A DNA stretch of 64,000 nucleotides, from assembly GCA_965217585.1 (NCBI GenBank), contig OZ244561.1:1024001-1088000 (forward strand), read 5' to 3'. The notes beneath the pieces were generated by a model. That model did not search any database, was not told the origin of the DNA, and saw only the letters and a list, made by a program, of their open reading frames with translations. How positions within the stretch are numbered: position 1 is the stretch's first letter; each line of letters starts with the position of its first letter. Source of the stretch: Candidatus Latescibacterota bacterium (GTDB lineage Bacteria; Latescibacterota; UBA2968; UBA8231). Position numbers and translations under genes: made by a program. Of the stretch, positions 8,431 to 18,500 are shown in pieces.

Positions 8431-10212
8431 CTACCGTAGATCCCGCCCAACGCCGCACCATGCATTAGGACCAGCCACAGGCTTGCCACTAAACCATCGG
8501 GGATGCTGAACTGCCAAGTTCCAGCCTTCGATCTCGTACTCTCCATTAGCAAATGGCACTGCCCGTAAAAAATAAACAGGCTTGGTTGGCGAATTGCCGA
8601 CGGGATAGCCAAGATCCGATAAGAGACCGAGATCGACTTTGGTTATTCTAGGTTCAAAAATAGTCCTGTTTCCAAGGGCTATGACGGAGTTGCCGAGTGG
8701 ATATTGCGCCCAATGTCCCCCGGCAAGTGGAATCTCTTCAGTCGGCCAATCTCCCATCTCCTTGAAAGCGCGCTGAGCTTCTGGTGCTATAAGGTATGTG
8801 TGTGTATCCCGTTTATCGCTTTCAGCCGTTCCGGGAGCATATTCATAATAAAGGGTACTGCTAGCAATGACGTGATGCTCGCTATTAGTGTCATAGACAA
8901 ATCCGCTTGTTCCAATTCCAAGAACGTGCCCTAGCTCATGGGCAAAAACCTGGTCGATGTGGTAAAGTTCATCTGCCACCTCTATACATCCTAACACCGT
9001 CGTCCGATCCACTATTCGATCCAATTGAGGACCGCCAACAGCCAAGAACCAAGACCTCTCATACTTTGCTACGTAAACTTTTACGTCGTCAATAACTCCA
9101 CTCGGCTCCTCTATAAAATGATCGCCGCAGGGGAAGGCGATATCATTAAACGGCATCCTGGCCTGCAAATCATCAATATCTGCATCGGGAAGCTCATCGG
9201 TAAATGCCAGTTCCCACAGGTCCGCGGCCCATCGCATTTCGTCCTTTTGCCACTGAGGGAAGTCGTCAAGAAATACTAATTCGATATTGAAGACGGCATG
9301 GTCGGGCAAGTCGTCCATCCAGTGCTCAGGATAATCCGACAGCGACTCAAACTGTTCCGCCACCTCAATGGTATAGCGGGCTAGTTCAACCCCCTCGAAG
9401 TCATAGACTACGATCTCGGTCTCGCCTGCTCCACAGACAGACAAGTACAACGACCACCCGTTGCGCCGCGCTCTTGTAGGACTATCATTGCCCTCGGCAG
9501 GACAGTAATTTCGCGACGGCGCTGTGCTGCCCCCGGCCACTTCTAACGCCCTATCTTTCCCAGTCGGATTGACCACGACCAAGACACTATCCACATCAGA
9601 AGAGGTGCCAACCGTAAAGGTCTTCCAAGCCGAATCGTCTGCGGTGAAAGAAAACGTGGCCGGCGACGGCTCTAGCCAAGCCGAAGAGCCGGTCTGGGCT
9701 TTGGCTTCAGCGACTTGGACGGCATAGCGAGCTAATTCTGTTTGCTCGTAATCGAATATGACGATCTCCGTCTCGCCTGCTTGACAGGCAGACAAGTGCA
9801 ATGACCACCCGTTGCGCCGCGCTCTTGCAGGATTATCATTGCCCTCGGCAGGACAGTAATTTCGCGACGGCGGGGTGCTGCCCCCGGCTACTTCTAAGGC
9901 CCTATCTTTGCCGGTCGGATTGACCACGACCAAGACGCTATCCAGATCAGAAGAGGTGCCAACCGTAAAGGTCTTCCAAGCCGAATCGTCTGCGGTAAAA
10001 GAAAACGTGGCAGGCGACGGCTCTATCCAAGCCGAAGAGCCGGTCCGGGTTTTGGGTGCAGCCGCATTCAGATCGCTCACTTGAGAGCCTGGCCGGTCTT
10101 GAGCTTGCTGGGGATCGGCGGACAGATCCACATCGAGGAAGGCCGTGGTTGCGGGCTTATCCGACGAGCAGGCAATCAGGGTGAGGGGTAGGATCACAAG
10201 GACGCGCAGCAT
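8431..10212 (-). CDS. lipoprotein with two tandem ~117-aa domains and a C-terminal zincin (leishmanolysin/M8-like) metallopeptidase domain
   Basis: Lipobox LIAC, duplicated TGSSAW.EPSP...ELARY domain, AHELGHVLGIG and a downstream GGHW. Confidence 0.75.
   Translation of the reverse strand: MLRVLVILPLTLIACSSDKPATTAFLDVDLSADPQQAQDRPGSQVSDLNAAAPKTRTGSSAWIEPSPATFSFTADDSAWKTFTVGTSSDLDSVLVVVNPTGKDRALEVAGGSTPPSRNYCPAEGNDNPARARRNGWSLHLSACQAGETEIVIFDYEQTELARYAVQVAEAKAQTGSSAWLEPSPATFSFTADDSAWKTFTVGTSSDVDSVLVVVNPTGKDRALEVAGGSTAPSRNYCPAEGNDSPTRARRNGWSLYLSVCGAGETEIVVYDFEGVELARYTIEVAEQFESLSDYPEHWMDDLPDHAVFNIELVFLDDFPQWQKDEMRWAADLWELAFTDELPDADIDDLQARMPFNDIAFPCGDHFIEEPSGVIDDVKVYVAKYERSWFLAVGGPQLDRIVDRTTVLGCIEVADELYHIDQVFAHELGHVLGIGTSGFVYDTNSEHHVIASSTLYYEYAPGTAESDKRDTHTYLIAPEAQRAFKEMGDWPTEEIPLAGGHWAQYPLGNSVIALGNRTIFEPRITKVDLGLLSDLGYPVGNSPTKPVYFLRAVPFANGEYEIEGWNLAVQHPRWFSGKPVAGPNAWCGVGRDLR
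9350..10044. repeat. intragenic tandem duplication, period 351 bp
   Basis: Near-identical segments offset by 351 nt, e.g. gccgaagagccggt at 9680 and 10031, gccctcggcaggacagtaatttcgcgacggc at 9490 and 9841. Confidence 0.9.
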
Positions 10213-10678
10213 GGGGATACCTGCTTGGTGAGAGAGTGGATTTTCGGTAGGATTCTGATTCTGCGACGAGGTGGATGGGGCCGGCCGCGCATGGTGGCCT
10301 CCTTAGTTGGCGGCGACAGCGGCCAGCTAATTCCCAAAATAAAAGACGCCCCTATGGAGTCCGATGGGTGCGTTTGCCCTGCACGTCTGCGCTGCCGGGG
10401 AAAATATAAACGAGTGCGGCAAACGGTTTCAATATATAGTACACTTATGTTTAAAATACAAGCTTTTTTCAAGATAGCGGCGGGTCGAAGGGGATCGATT
10501 CGGACGGCTAGGATCCTCAGGTGCATGGGCTGAACTCAGCGGCAAATACCCGGAATGCAAGCCTCCCTTGGCAATCGAGCCAACACCCTCCTATATTTCA
10601 AAATAGCCCACTACCGGCGCAATCGCCCCTCCTGCCCCAATTTACCTCGCACATTGAATCCCAACCGCGAAATCTCCT

Positions 10679-11662
10679 GTGGCCGACACCTTTGAAATCC
10701 GCCTCGTCGCCGACGACACTGCTTGGGACGCCTTCGTCCGCCAAGCCGTAGGCGGCACTGTATTTTCCACTAGCGCGTGGCTCCGCTGTGCTGCGACCGC
10801 CACCGGCGATCAAGTCCATCGTCTCGGTTGCTACCGCAACGATCGCCTCGTCGCTGGCCTCTGCGGCCTAGCCCGTCGGCGCATGGGCCTCTACCGCCTC
10901 GAAACCCCCGAGCTAACGCCCTATACCGGCCTGCTCCTCGCCCCAGTCGCCGGCAAAGGACCGGCCAAAGGCGAAGCGGCCCAACACCGCGCTTGCGCGC
11001 ACCTGATGGACTATCTCGCCAAGCACTACGACCGCGTCTTCCTAACCCACGCACCGGCCATCGCCGATGTGCGCCCCTTCACTTGGCAGGGCTGGGACGC
11101 GCACCTGCGCTATACCTATCGGCTACCTCTCGGCGATAGTAACGCACTATGGGAACGGACCGAGCGCCGCACGCGCACCGCCATTCGCAAGGCTGAAAAA
11201 CTCGGCTATCAACTGCGGCCCACCAGCGATGTCGCGCTCTTTCGGCAGCAGTACGAGGCCATCTACGCCAACCAAGCCGGCGGCCCCCCGGTCGCCGCAG
11301 CCACAGCCGAGTGCTTTGTCGCCGCAGCCTTGGAGGCTGGTCTGGCCCAAGCGTACGAAATCGCCTCCTCGGACGGGACGGCCGCGGTCGTCGCCTTTGT
11401 CGAGGGCTTCGACACCACCTATGCCTGGGCCGCAGGAGCCGACCCCGCGTACAACCACACGGGCGCAATCTCGCTGTTGTACTGGCAGTACTGGGACACG
11501 GTCGCTCACAACTGCTTTGACTTCGTCGGCGCCAATATACCGAGCATCGCCTTTTTCAAGCGCGGCTTTGGCTGCGACCTCGCGCCGTACTACGCGGTGG
11601 TGGGATATAAAAGCCGCTGGGTCAAACGCGCTTTCGGCCTCCGTCAAGCCCTGCGCGGCTGA
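10679..11662 (+). CDS. GNAT/FemAB-like acyltransferase family protein
   Basis: WDAFV..GTVFSTSAW, RTAIRKAEK, FDFVGAN and FFKRGFG motifs typical of FemAB-like/Acetyltransf_6 proteins. Confidence 0.75.
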   Translation: MADTFEIRLVADDTAWDAFVRQAVGGTVFSTSAWLRCAATATGDQVHRLGCYRNDRLVAGLCGLARRRMGLYRLETPELTPYTGLLLAPVAGKGPAKGEAAQHRACAHLMDYLAKHYDRVFLTHAPAIADVRPFTWQGWDAHLRYTYRLPLGDSNALWERTERRTRTAIRKAEKLGYQLRPTSDVALFRQQYEAIYANQAGGPPVAAATAECFVAAALEAGLAQAYEIASSDGTAAVVAFVEGFDTTYAWAAGADPAYNHTGAISLLYWQYWDTVAHNCFDFVGANIPSIAFFKRGFGCDLAPYYAVVGYKSRWVKRAFGLRQALRG

Positions 11663-11668
11663 CGGACC

Positions 11669-13636
11669 TCAATAGTGCAATTGGGTCACCGACTTGGATA
11701 TTAAGGCAATGGCCACCGCCGACATGCCCACCAAACCCATGCCGCAGGCGTATCCAGCCAACAACACTGGCGCGTATTGCCGCCACTGCTGCGCCCCAAA
11801 GCGCGGCTCCAGCCAATAGCGAGCCAGCAGGGCACCGGCCATCTCCGGGATCAGCAAATGCGGCAGGCCCCCAAGGCCGCGCACAAACCCGTACACCAGC
11901 GAAATCGGCAACCCCAACCACGACATAACCCCAAACGTCCCCCCGGCCAGCACAAAACTCCCCGCGATCCACCATCCCTTAATCGCCTGGTCAAAAAGCG
12001 TCTCTCCGCCCAAAGTCGCCGAGTACCACAAGCACTGACGCAGCGCGATGAGGTGCCAATACGTCTGCGCGTATTGGAAGGTCGGCGAGGGAATGGGCTC
12101 CATCTGCCAGACCAGCGACCAAAAGACAAAGCCGCAGACCAAGCTCAGCGGCAACAGCAACAGCTCGGCCTTGATAATCGACGAGAAGCGCGTCCCGGTC
12201 AGTTCCACTTCGCGGAAGAGCTGGGCGCGCCGGCCGTGGTCGGCGTATGGAATGGGCGCGAACCATATATCGATGCCTTTGTAGCCGCTCAATATAAAAG
12301 CGCCTTCGCGCAGCAGCGGGAAGCTGACCAACTGACCCGTCAACCCGGCCATGCGTGCATTGACGTACGAAATCAACGGCGTCAGCACGAAGCCGAAGAG
12401 CAGCAAAAAGATCAGCGGAAACTCGTCGTCTTCTAGGAGCAACACGCAGAGCCAGATCATGGCCAGCGTCGATAGCGCATATCCGACAATCGCTATCCAC
12501 AACGGGAAGTCGCCCCGCCCGGCAGGCTTATCTTGCAACGGGCGGTGCCCACCCTGACGGCGCGCGGCCCGCACCGACAGCACGGCCTGCACCAAGCCAA
12601 TCACACCCACAGCCGCTCCCGCGCCAATGTACACGCTCATCCACACGTCGATGTCGTTGGCGAAATTCGTCAGAATCGCGTCCATGCCCGGCCGCCAATG
12701 CGTCAGCACACCGACGTGATAGAGAATCGGGCTGCCCAAAGCGTGGACCATGGCCGCGGCAAACGTGCCAACGACGATCCAAAACGGCAGCACCATCCCC
12801 AACAGCACCAAGCCCAAGTCCGTGCCAATACCCAAAGGCGCGGCCGGCAAAATGTCCTGCGTAGTCCTCGTCAGGTCGATCCAGGGAATGGGCAGCAGGA
12901 CAATGGGATCGCTGGCGATCAACCCAGTCAACGCGGGCAAGCCCACGTACACCGCGCCGAACAGCAAACCAATCCCCATGCCCACCGAGAAAACCCGCCA
13001 GCGCCAGCTATCGCGCCCTTCGTCGCCCTCGGCAAGGGCCGTCGCCCCCTGCGCAGCGACCGGTGCCAACGGGAAGGGCAAGCGCTCCACATCGGACGTG
13101 ACCCGAAAGAGGATGTAGCCAAGCGTGAACCACTCGACCCGCGACAAAACCTGCGAGGCGACCAGCACGATCACCGGCGGAATCCACGCCCGATGCAAAA
13201 AGCTGCGCCCGACCAGCGCATCTGAACCGACCGGCGGCACGACCCATTCCGGGATGTGCTCGGCAATGCCAAAGCCGGCCGCGGCTTGCGACTGCGCCAG
13301 GTACTGGTTCCACACCAACTGCCCAAACGGCCCGCCGGCCAGCATGGTGCCGCCGATGACGCCAGCTAAGCCACCGGCAATGTAGTAGATCAGGTAAATC
13401 TCCTGGCGCGTCAGCGAAGAAAAGGAACGCCGCGCCAGCTCGGAAAACAGGATGATGGTCACCCACTCGGCTGCCGCGCCGAATGATGCGCCGGCAATCA
13501 GGCCCATGTAAATGGCACCGGGCATCATGATAAAGCCGACGAAGAACGCCCCGGCCACAGTGCGCACAGTAAAGCCCTCGCGATAGCGCGTCGGGGGCTG
13601 CATCAAGTCGCGGTAGCTAGTCAGCTCATCGGTCAT
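11669..13636 (-). CDS. OPT-like 'peptide transporter' polytopic membrane protein
   Basis: Many hydrophobic segments; GAFFVGFIMMPG, AAEWVTIILF and ERLPFPLAPV. The ATG at 13636 overlaps the upstream stop. Confidence 0.7.
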   Translation of the reverse strand: MTDELTSYRDLMQPPTRYREGFTVRTVAGAFFVGFIMMPGAIYMGLIAGASFGAAAEWVTIILFSELARRSFSSLTRQEIYLIYYIAGGLAGVIGGTMLAGGPFGQLVWNQYLAQSQAAAGFGIAEHIPEWVVPPVGSDALVGRSFLHRAWIPPVIVLVASQVLSRVEWFTLGYILFRVTSDVERLPFPLAPVAAQGATALAEGDEGRDSWRWRVFSVGMGIGLLFGAVYVGLPALTGLIASDPIVLLPIPWIDLTRTTQDILPAAPLGIGTDLGLVLLGMVLPFWIVVGTFAAAMVHALGSPILYHVGVLTHWRPGMDAILTNFANDIDVWMSVYIGAGAAVGVIGLVQAVLSVRAARRQGGHRPLQDKPAGRGDFPLWIAIVGYALSTLAMIWLCVLLLEDDEFPLIFLLLFGFVLTPLISYVNARMAGLTGQLVSFPLLREGAFILSGYKGIDIWFAPIPYADHGRRAQLFREVELTGTRFSSIIKAELLLLPLSLVCGFVFWSLVWQMEPIPSPTFQYAQTYWHLIALRQCLWYSATLGGETLFDQAIKGWWIAGSFVLAGGTFGVMSWLGLPISLVYGFVRGLGGLPHLLIPEMAGALLARYWLEPRFGAQQWRQYAPVLLAGYACGMGLVGMSAVAIALISKSVTQLHY

Positions 13637-15540
13637 CACGGCCGGTATCCTCCCCCCATTTCGCCCTGCCACAGCGCGACCGTAGCCCACAACAGCCGCA
13701 GCGCGACCTCCCCGCAAATCATCCCCAAGAAAAACGGCATAACCCGCCGATAGGTTTGTGCCCCACCGTAGCGCACCGCCAGCCACTTGCACAGCCAGCC
13801 GCACAACACCGACCCCCACACCAGCCAGCCAAACCCCGTGCCAAACACAAAGCCCATCGGATGCAAGGGCCAGCGGAGAAAGTGCTGGCGCATCAACGCC
13901 AAGAAATAGGTAAAACCCGCCCCGGCCGCGTGAAATCCCAAGCGCACCCAGTCCGTGCCCCCATCCACTATGCCCGCGTCTTTGAACAAGTAGTTGTAGT
14001 AACGGCCAATGCGCGCTTCAGACCGCGCGCCGCCCTGTTCCTGCAAGGCGAACAGCCCGTGCTCGTAGATCGTTTCCAGCGAAAACACATAGCCAGCCCC
14101 CAGCCCAACGCCCAACCCCAAAGCCATCCCCCAAATCAAGCGGCGCGGCGACACCCCGTGCATCTCGGCCAACTTCAGCCCCTCAAATTGCAGGGCGGGC
14201 CAGATCCCAATCATCGTAAAGCCAAACACCGCCAAAAAGCCAAAGCCCATGTAGGTCGCATCGGCAAAATGCCCGGCCCCGGTCCCCAACGCCACGAAGA
14301 ACAGGTAGCCCACAATCTGCGGCATTCCCACAATGGGCAGGCCCCCGTCGATCCGCAGCCGCGCAAACGTCAACGCCAACAGCAACACCAGCAATAACGC
14401 CGCGATGCCCATCAGCGGCGGCACTCCCAAAGCCGTAGTCCACGCCCACAGCACCAGCAGCCCGACCACCAGCCCCCACGTCGCCCGGCTGCGCCAAGAG
14501 AGCGCCGCCGCCAGAGCGCGCCGCGCCGACCACAGGCTGAACAGCCCCAAAAACAACAAGCCGCCGCGCGCCTGCGTCATAAAAAAAGGAAAGTGACTCG
14601 GCCAATCTAGCCACGGCGACCCATGCCCGGGGATGAAGTCGCCGCGATATTCGAGGCGTCCGAGAAAATGGGCCAACAACAATTGCACGCGGGTGAGCAG
14701 ATAGAAAAACCACGTGCTGAACGACACTTCCACCGGCGCGAGAAAAGCCGCGCCCACCAACAAAGGGACAAAGTCGAAGTAGAACGGCGACTCAAAGGGT
14801 GCCATGGCTTTCCACGGATCGTCGAGCAGGAAATGAGCCATATCCAAACCCGTGACGATCTCCGGCACTTTCGGTGCGTAGTGGTGCAACCCATTGATCC
14901 CCAACAACGCGCCCGGCACCAACGCGCCCCACCAAAACAGCCGCTGTCCGAACAGATCTCCGGCAATGAGGGCGCGGGGTACTTCCAGCAATGGGAACCC
15001 CAACCGCTCGGTCTCCAGCCAGCGTTGCCGCAGCAGCCACACCAAGCAAAAGCAGGTCAGAAAAAACGCGCCGAAAAACGCAGTCCACATCGCCAACGGC
15101 CACAGCCACGCCCCCCAAGGCACGGCTGCCCCACCTTCAAACGCCCCGATGGCCGGTGCCTCATTCGGACCACCCGGAACCAGCCAGTCCGGGACGACTT
15201 GCAGGAAGCGATAATAGGGGCCGGTCGGCTGGGCAAAACCCCCGTAAAAACCCGTCACCAAGCCCGGCAGAAAGCGGTGCATTAGGCCGGAAGCGGTCGC
15301 CGACACCCCAATTACCAGCGCGGCGTAAAGTACTGCCCGATCCCCGGGGCCGAGCAAGCGACGCACTAAGGTAACGGCCGCCAAAGCCCCTAAGGGCACG
15401 GCGAGAAAGACCTGAGCCCCTGGCATACTCCCGGCCCCGGCCAAATGCGGTCCGTTGTACAGCAATTCGACGCGCTGGAGCAACCACCCACTCGCGACCG
15501 TGATACCGGTGATGAGCAATGCCAAGCGCAACGCGGCCAT
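13636..15540 (-). CDS. DUF6785/DUF6784-like polytopic membrane protein
   Basis: VPWGAW..PL..W, RQRWLETERLGFPL, WPLHPMG and KWLAVRYGG..Y...PFFLG motifs. Confidence 0.7.
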   Translation of the reverse strand: MAALRLALLITGITVASGWLLQRVELLYNGPHLAGAGSMPGAQVFLAVPLGALAAVTLVRRLLGPGDRAVLYAALVIGVSATASGLMHRFLPGLVTGFYGGFAQPTGPYYRFLQVVPDWLVPGGPNEAPAIGAFEGGAAVPWGAWLWPLAMWTAFFGAFFLTCFCLVWLLRQRWLETERLGFPLLEVPRALIAGDLFGQRLFWWGALVPGALLGINGLHHYAPKVPEIVTGLDMAHFLLDDPWKAMAPFESPFYFDFVPLLVGAAFLAPVEVSFSTWFFYLLTRVQLLLAHFLGRLEYRGDFIPGHGSPWLDWPSHFPFFMTQARGGLLFLGLFSLWSARRALAAALSWRSRATWGLVVGLLVLWAWTTALGVPPLMGIAALLLVLLLALTFARLRIDGGLPIVGMPQIVGYLFFVALGTGAGHFADATYMGFGFLAVFGFTMIGIWPALQFEGLKLAEMHGVSPRRLIWGMALGLGVGLGAGYVFSLETIYEHGLFALQEQGGARSEARIGRYYNYLFKDAGIVDGGTDWVRLGFHAAGAGFTYFLALMRQHFLRWPLHPMGFVFGTGFGWLVWGSVLCGWLCKWLAVRYGGAQTYRRVMPFFLGMICGEVALRLLWATVALWQGEMGGGYRP

Positions 15541-15542
15541 GC

Positions 15543-18500
15543 TCACGCCCGCTCCCACTGCGGCAACTGCTCGGCGTAGTAGCGGCGACTATCCGCTTCC
15601 AAGGTCCGCCAGATCAAGAACTGCTTGCGCACATCGTCCAAAAAGGTGCGCACCACCCGCTGCCACGTCGCCAGATCGCCAGCTACCAACGCCAAGTCAA
15701 CGTGGATGTCGCAATAGTGCGGATCCGTCCCCGGCCCTATCTCCATCACGGTCTTTTGCACCACACCTTGGTCAAACGGCGCTAACCACACCTGAGCCGC
15801 TACGCGCACCTTCTCCCCCACCTGCTCCACCTGCAGGGCTTCGACGTAAAATCCCGCGCCGATCGACTGTTCCTGATTCGCCGCCCACGATTCCGCTTGG
15901 AACGCCGCCATACCGAGGGCTTCGCGCCGCGCCAGCGAGAAGGGCAGTTGGACGTGCAAGTGCTCGCCCACGACGACCGGCAGCTTCCACCGCCGTTCAA
16001 TCCCCGGCGTACAGATCCGCCCGGCCATGCGCGCCGGATAGAGCGCCGACGCCACCACCAACAGTGCGATCGCGCCAACGGTGAGCACCGCCCCTAGCGA
16101 CGAATAATTCAGTTCCAAGCCGGGCAAAAATCCCCCTTGGTTCAAAAGCTGCGCCGCGCCTTGCCCTAGCAAATACCCTGCAACCGTGCCGACCACCCCT
16201 AAAGCCACTGCTTCCGCCATAAACAGCCCGCTAACGTGGCCGGGGGCTAAGCCGACCGCGTTAAAGGTGCCGATTTCCTGCGTCCGCTCGTACACGGCCC
16301 CGAGCATGGTGTTGAACACGATCAACCCAGCGATCAGCAGCGGCACGATCAGCGATCCCCATCCCGACACTGACGCCACCCCAACCGAATTGACGAGCAA
16401 GCGCTGCCCTCCGAGGCCGGCGAACAGGTTCAAATCCAACGTCTCCGCCAGCTCTATCAGCGCACTGCGAGTTGTCTCCGTGGTCCCATCCAACCGGATC
16501 CCCACCGACGCCAGCCGCACCCCTTCCCAGCGCATCAGCGCGGCAAACGGCAAGACCGGCGTCGCCGATGCGGGCAAATGGGCAAACGGCCGCAACTTCC
16601 CTCCCTGCTCGCGTCCTACTGCCGCTTCCGAGGGCTGTTGCGCCTCTGGATCCAACGGGGTCAGCGGCTCGCCATTCAGATCGAGCCGGTCCAGCGCGTC
16701 ATCTGCAAGCAACCCAACGACCCGAAACACTTCTCCAAAAACCCGCACTCGCTCCTGTCCCAAGCCCACGGCGCTGACCCCCAAAGAATCCGCCAACCCC
16801 ACCGGCAGCAGACAGGCGTCTTCTTCCCCGAGCCGCAGCCACCGCCCGGCCACCACCTCTGGCCCGAGCAAATCCTCCTCTTGCGCCACCAACCCAACAA
16901 ACCCCCAGACCCCAACCGCTCGCCCCTCCTCGTCATCTCGCTCGACTCGATAGGACGACACCAGCGATTTTACCGACAGCCACGCCCGCGGCGCAACCTG
17001 CTCGTCGCCAAACCAATCGCGCAACAGGTCGTAGCCTTCCATCTCCATAGCCTGCCAGCCCGGCATCCGCACCAACGCCCCCTCGTATGCCGCGTCCGCG
17101 CCAATCGCAATCCAATTCGTGTGTAGCGCAGCGCGGATCGACGTGAAGGACAGCACGGAAAAGGTCAACAGCACCAGCGTCGCGCAGGTCAGCCCCGTGC
17201 GCCACGGCCGCCGCCGCAAATGCGCCAACCCCACGGCGACCGACGTCAGCACCGCGCCCGACCGCTGCACCGCGATCTGACCGCGCCTAGCGCCCAACGC
17301 CTGCAACTCCCGATTTAACCGCGACATCCCCAACGCCGTGACCAAAATCCCCAGTGCCAAGATGACAAAGCCAAGCAGAATGATCGCCGGCGAGATCGAC
17401 AACTCAAAGGCCGGATGCACATAGCGCAGGGCGACAAAGCCAATGAGAAAGAGCGCGAAATACCCCAATACCTGCCGCCGCAAATCGGCAAACCCAAACG
17501 CCAACCGCTCGGCAAAGTGGGCAAAGGGAATCAGCACGGCCAACAAAAAGAGCGCACCCTGCACCACCCCAGCTTGCGTTCGCTCCACGTCCCGATAGGC
17601 CGCCGCAGCCAGTGCCCAAGCGCGCCGCGCCCGATCGACAAAGTCTCGGTGCCGGTGCTCGGCGCGCGCCGCTGCTGCTTCTGCCAACAACCCGGCCGAC
17701 CGCTCGTGAAAGGCCGTCAGCCGCTCATTGCGCACACCGTGTCGCTCCAGCCGGTCAATCCGCTCGCCATTGAGCATGTGCATATCGGCAGCTACCCGAT
17801 ACACCGTCTCCACGATGCGCCCTCTCCCATTAACCTCATAGCCCACCCCGCCCGGAACATCCTCCGTCCCATTGAGCAACAGCAGGCGTCGCCCCAACCC
17901 ATAGCGGCCCGTCGCCATCACGGCCTTGAACCGCACCCCGGGCGGTGTAAAAATCACGCCGACCGGCTCCGTCCACGACCCCACCCGATTCTCATAGCTG
18001 AATAGCTCCATTTCCGGAGCCGTCAGCGGCAGGCAGGCCCCGTACACCACCGGCTCGGCTTCCAGCGCCGCGTCAACGGCTTGCACGCGCTCCAAGGTCA
18101 ACAAATTGCGCGGATCAAAAATCCCAAATAGCGTCGTCCCCCGCAGCGGTGCAGTGACTATTTGCACCTCGTCCTCGGCGGCATCCATCTGCACCGTCAG
18201 CGCACGCCCCGGCAACTTGCGCTCCCCATTGATCCCCCAGTCCGGCGCATCCGTCACCGCCCCGGTCTCCGCATCGAGCCGATACGCCTCCAACCGCACC
18301 GGCTTCGTGTAGATGATACCCGACTCAACCCCGGGAATGGCAAACCGCCCCGAATCATCCGCCGCCGCCCAAAAATCCGGCCGCACCCCAGCCAACGTCG
18401 GCTGGCGCAACCGCACCCGCACCAACGCCCCAGCCGTCGGCTGATCCGGCAGATAGCTACGCGGCCCGTAGTGGACCACCTCCCCGCGAATGGTGCCAAA

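Noticed and set aside
10340-10430. GGCAAAC motifs suggesting a c-di-GMP-I riboswitch upstream of the lipoprotein
   Set aside because: The GAAA-tetraloop stem and the GACGCAAAG/second-stem elements are absent.
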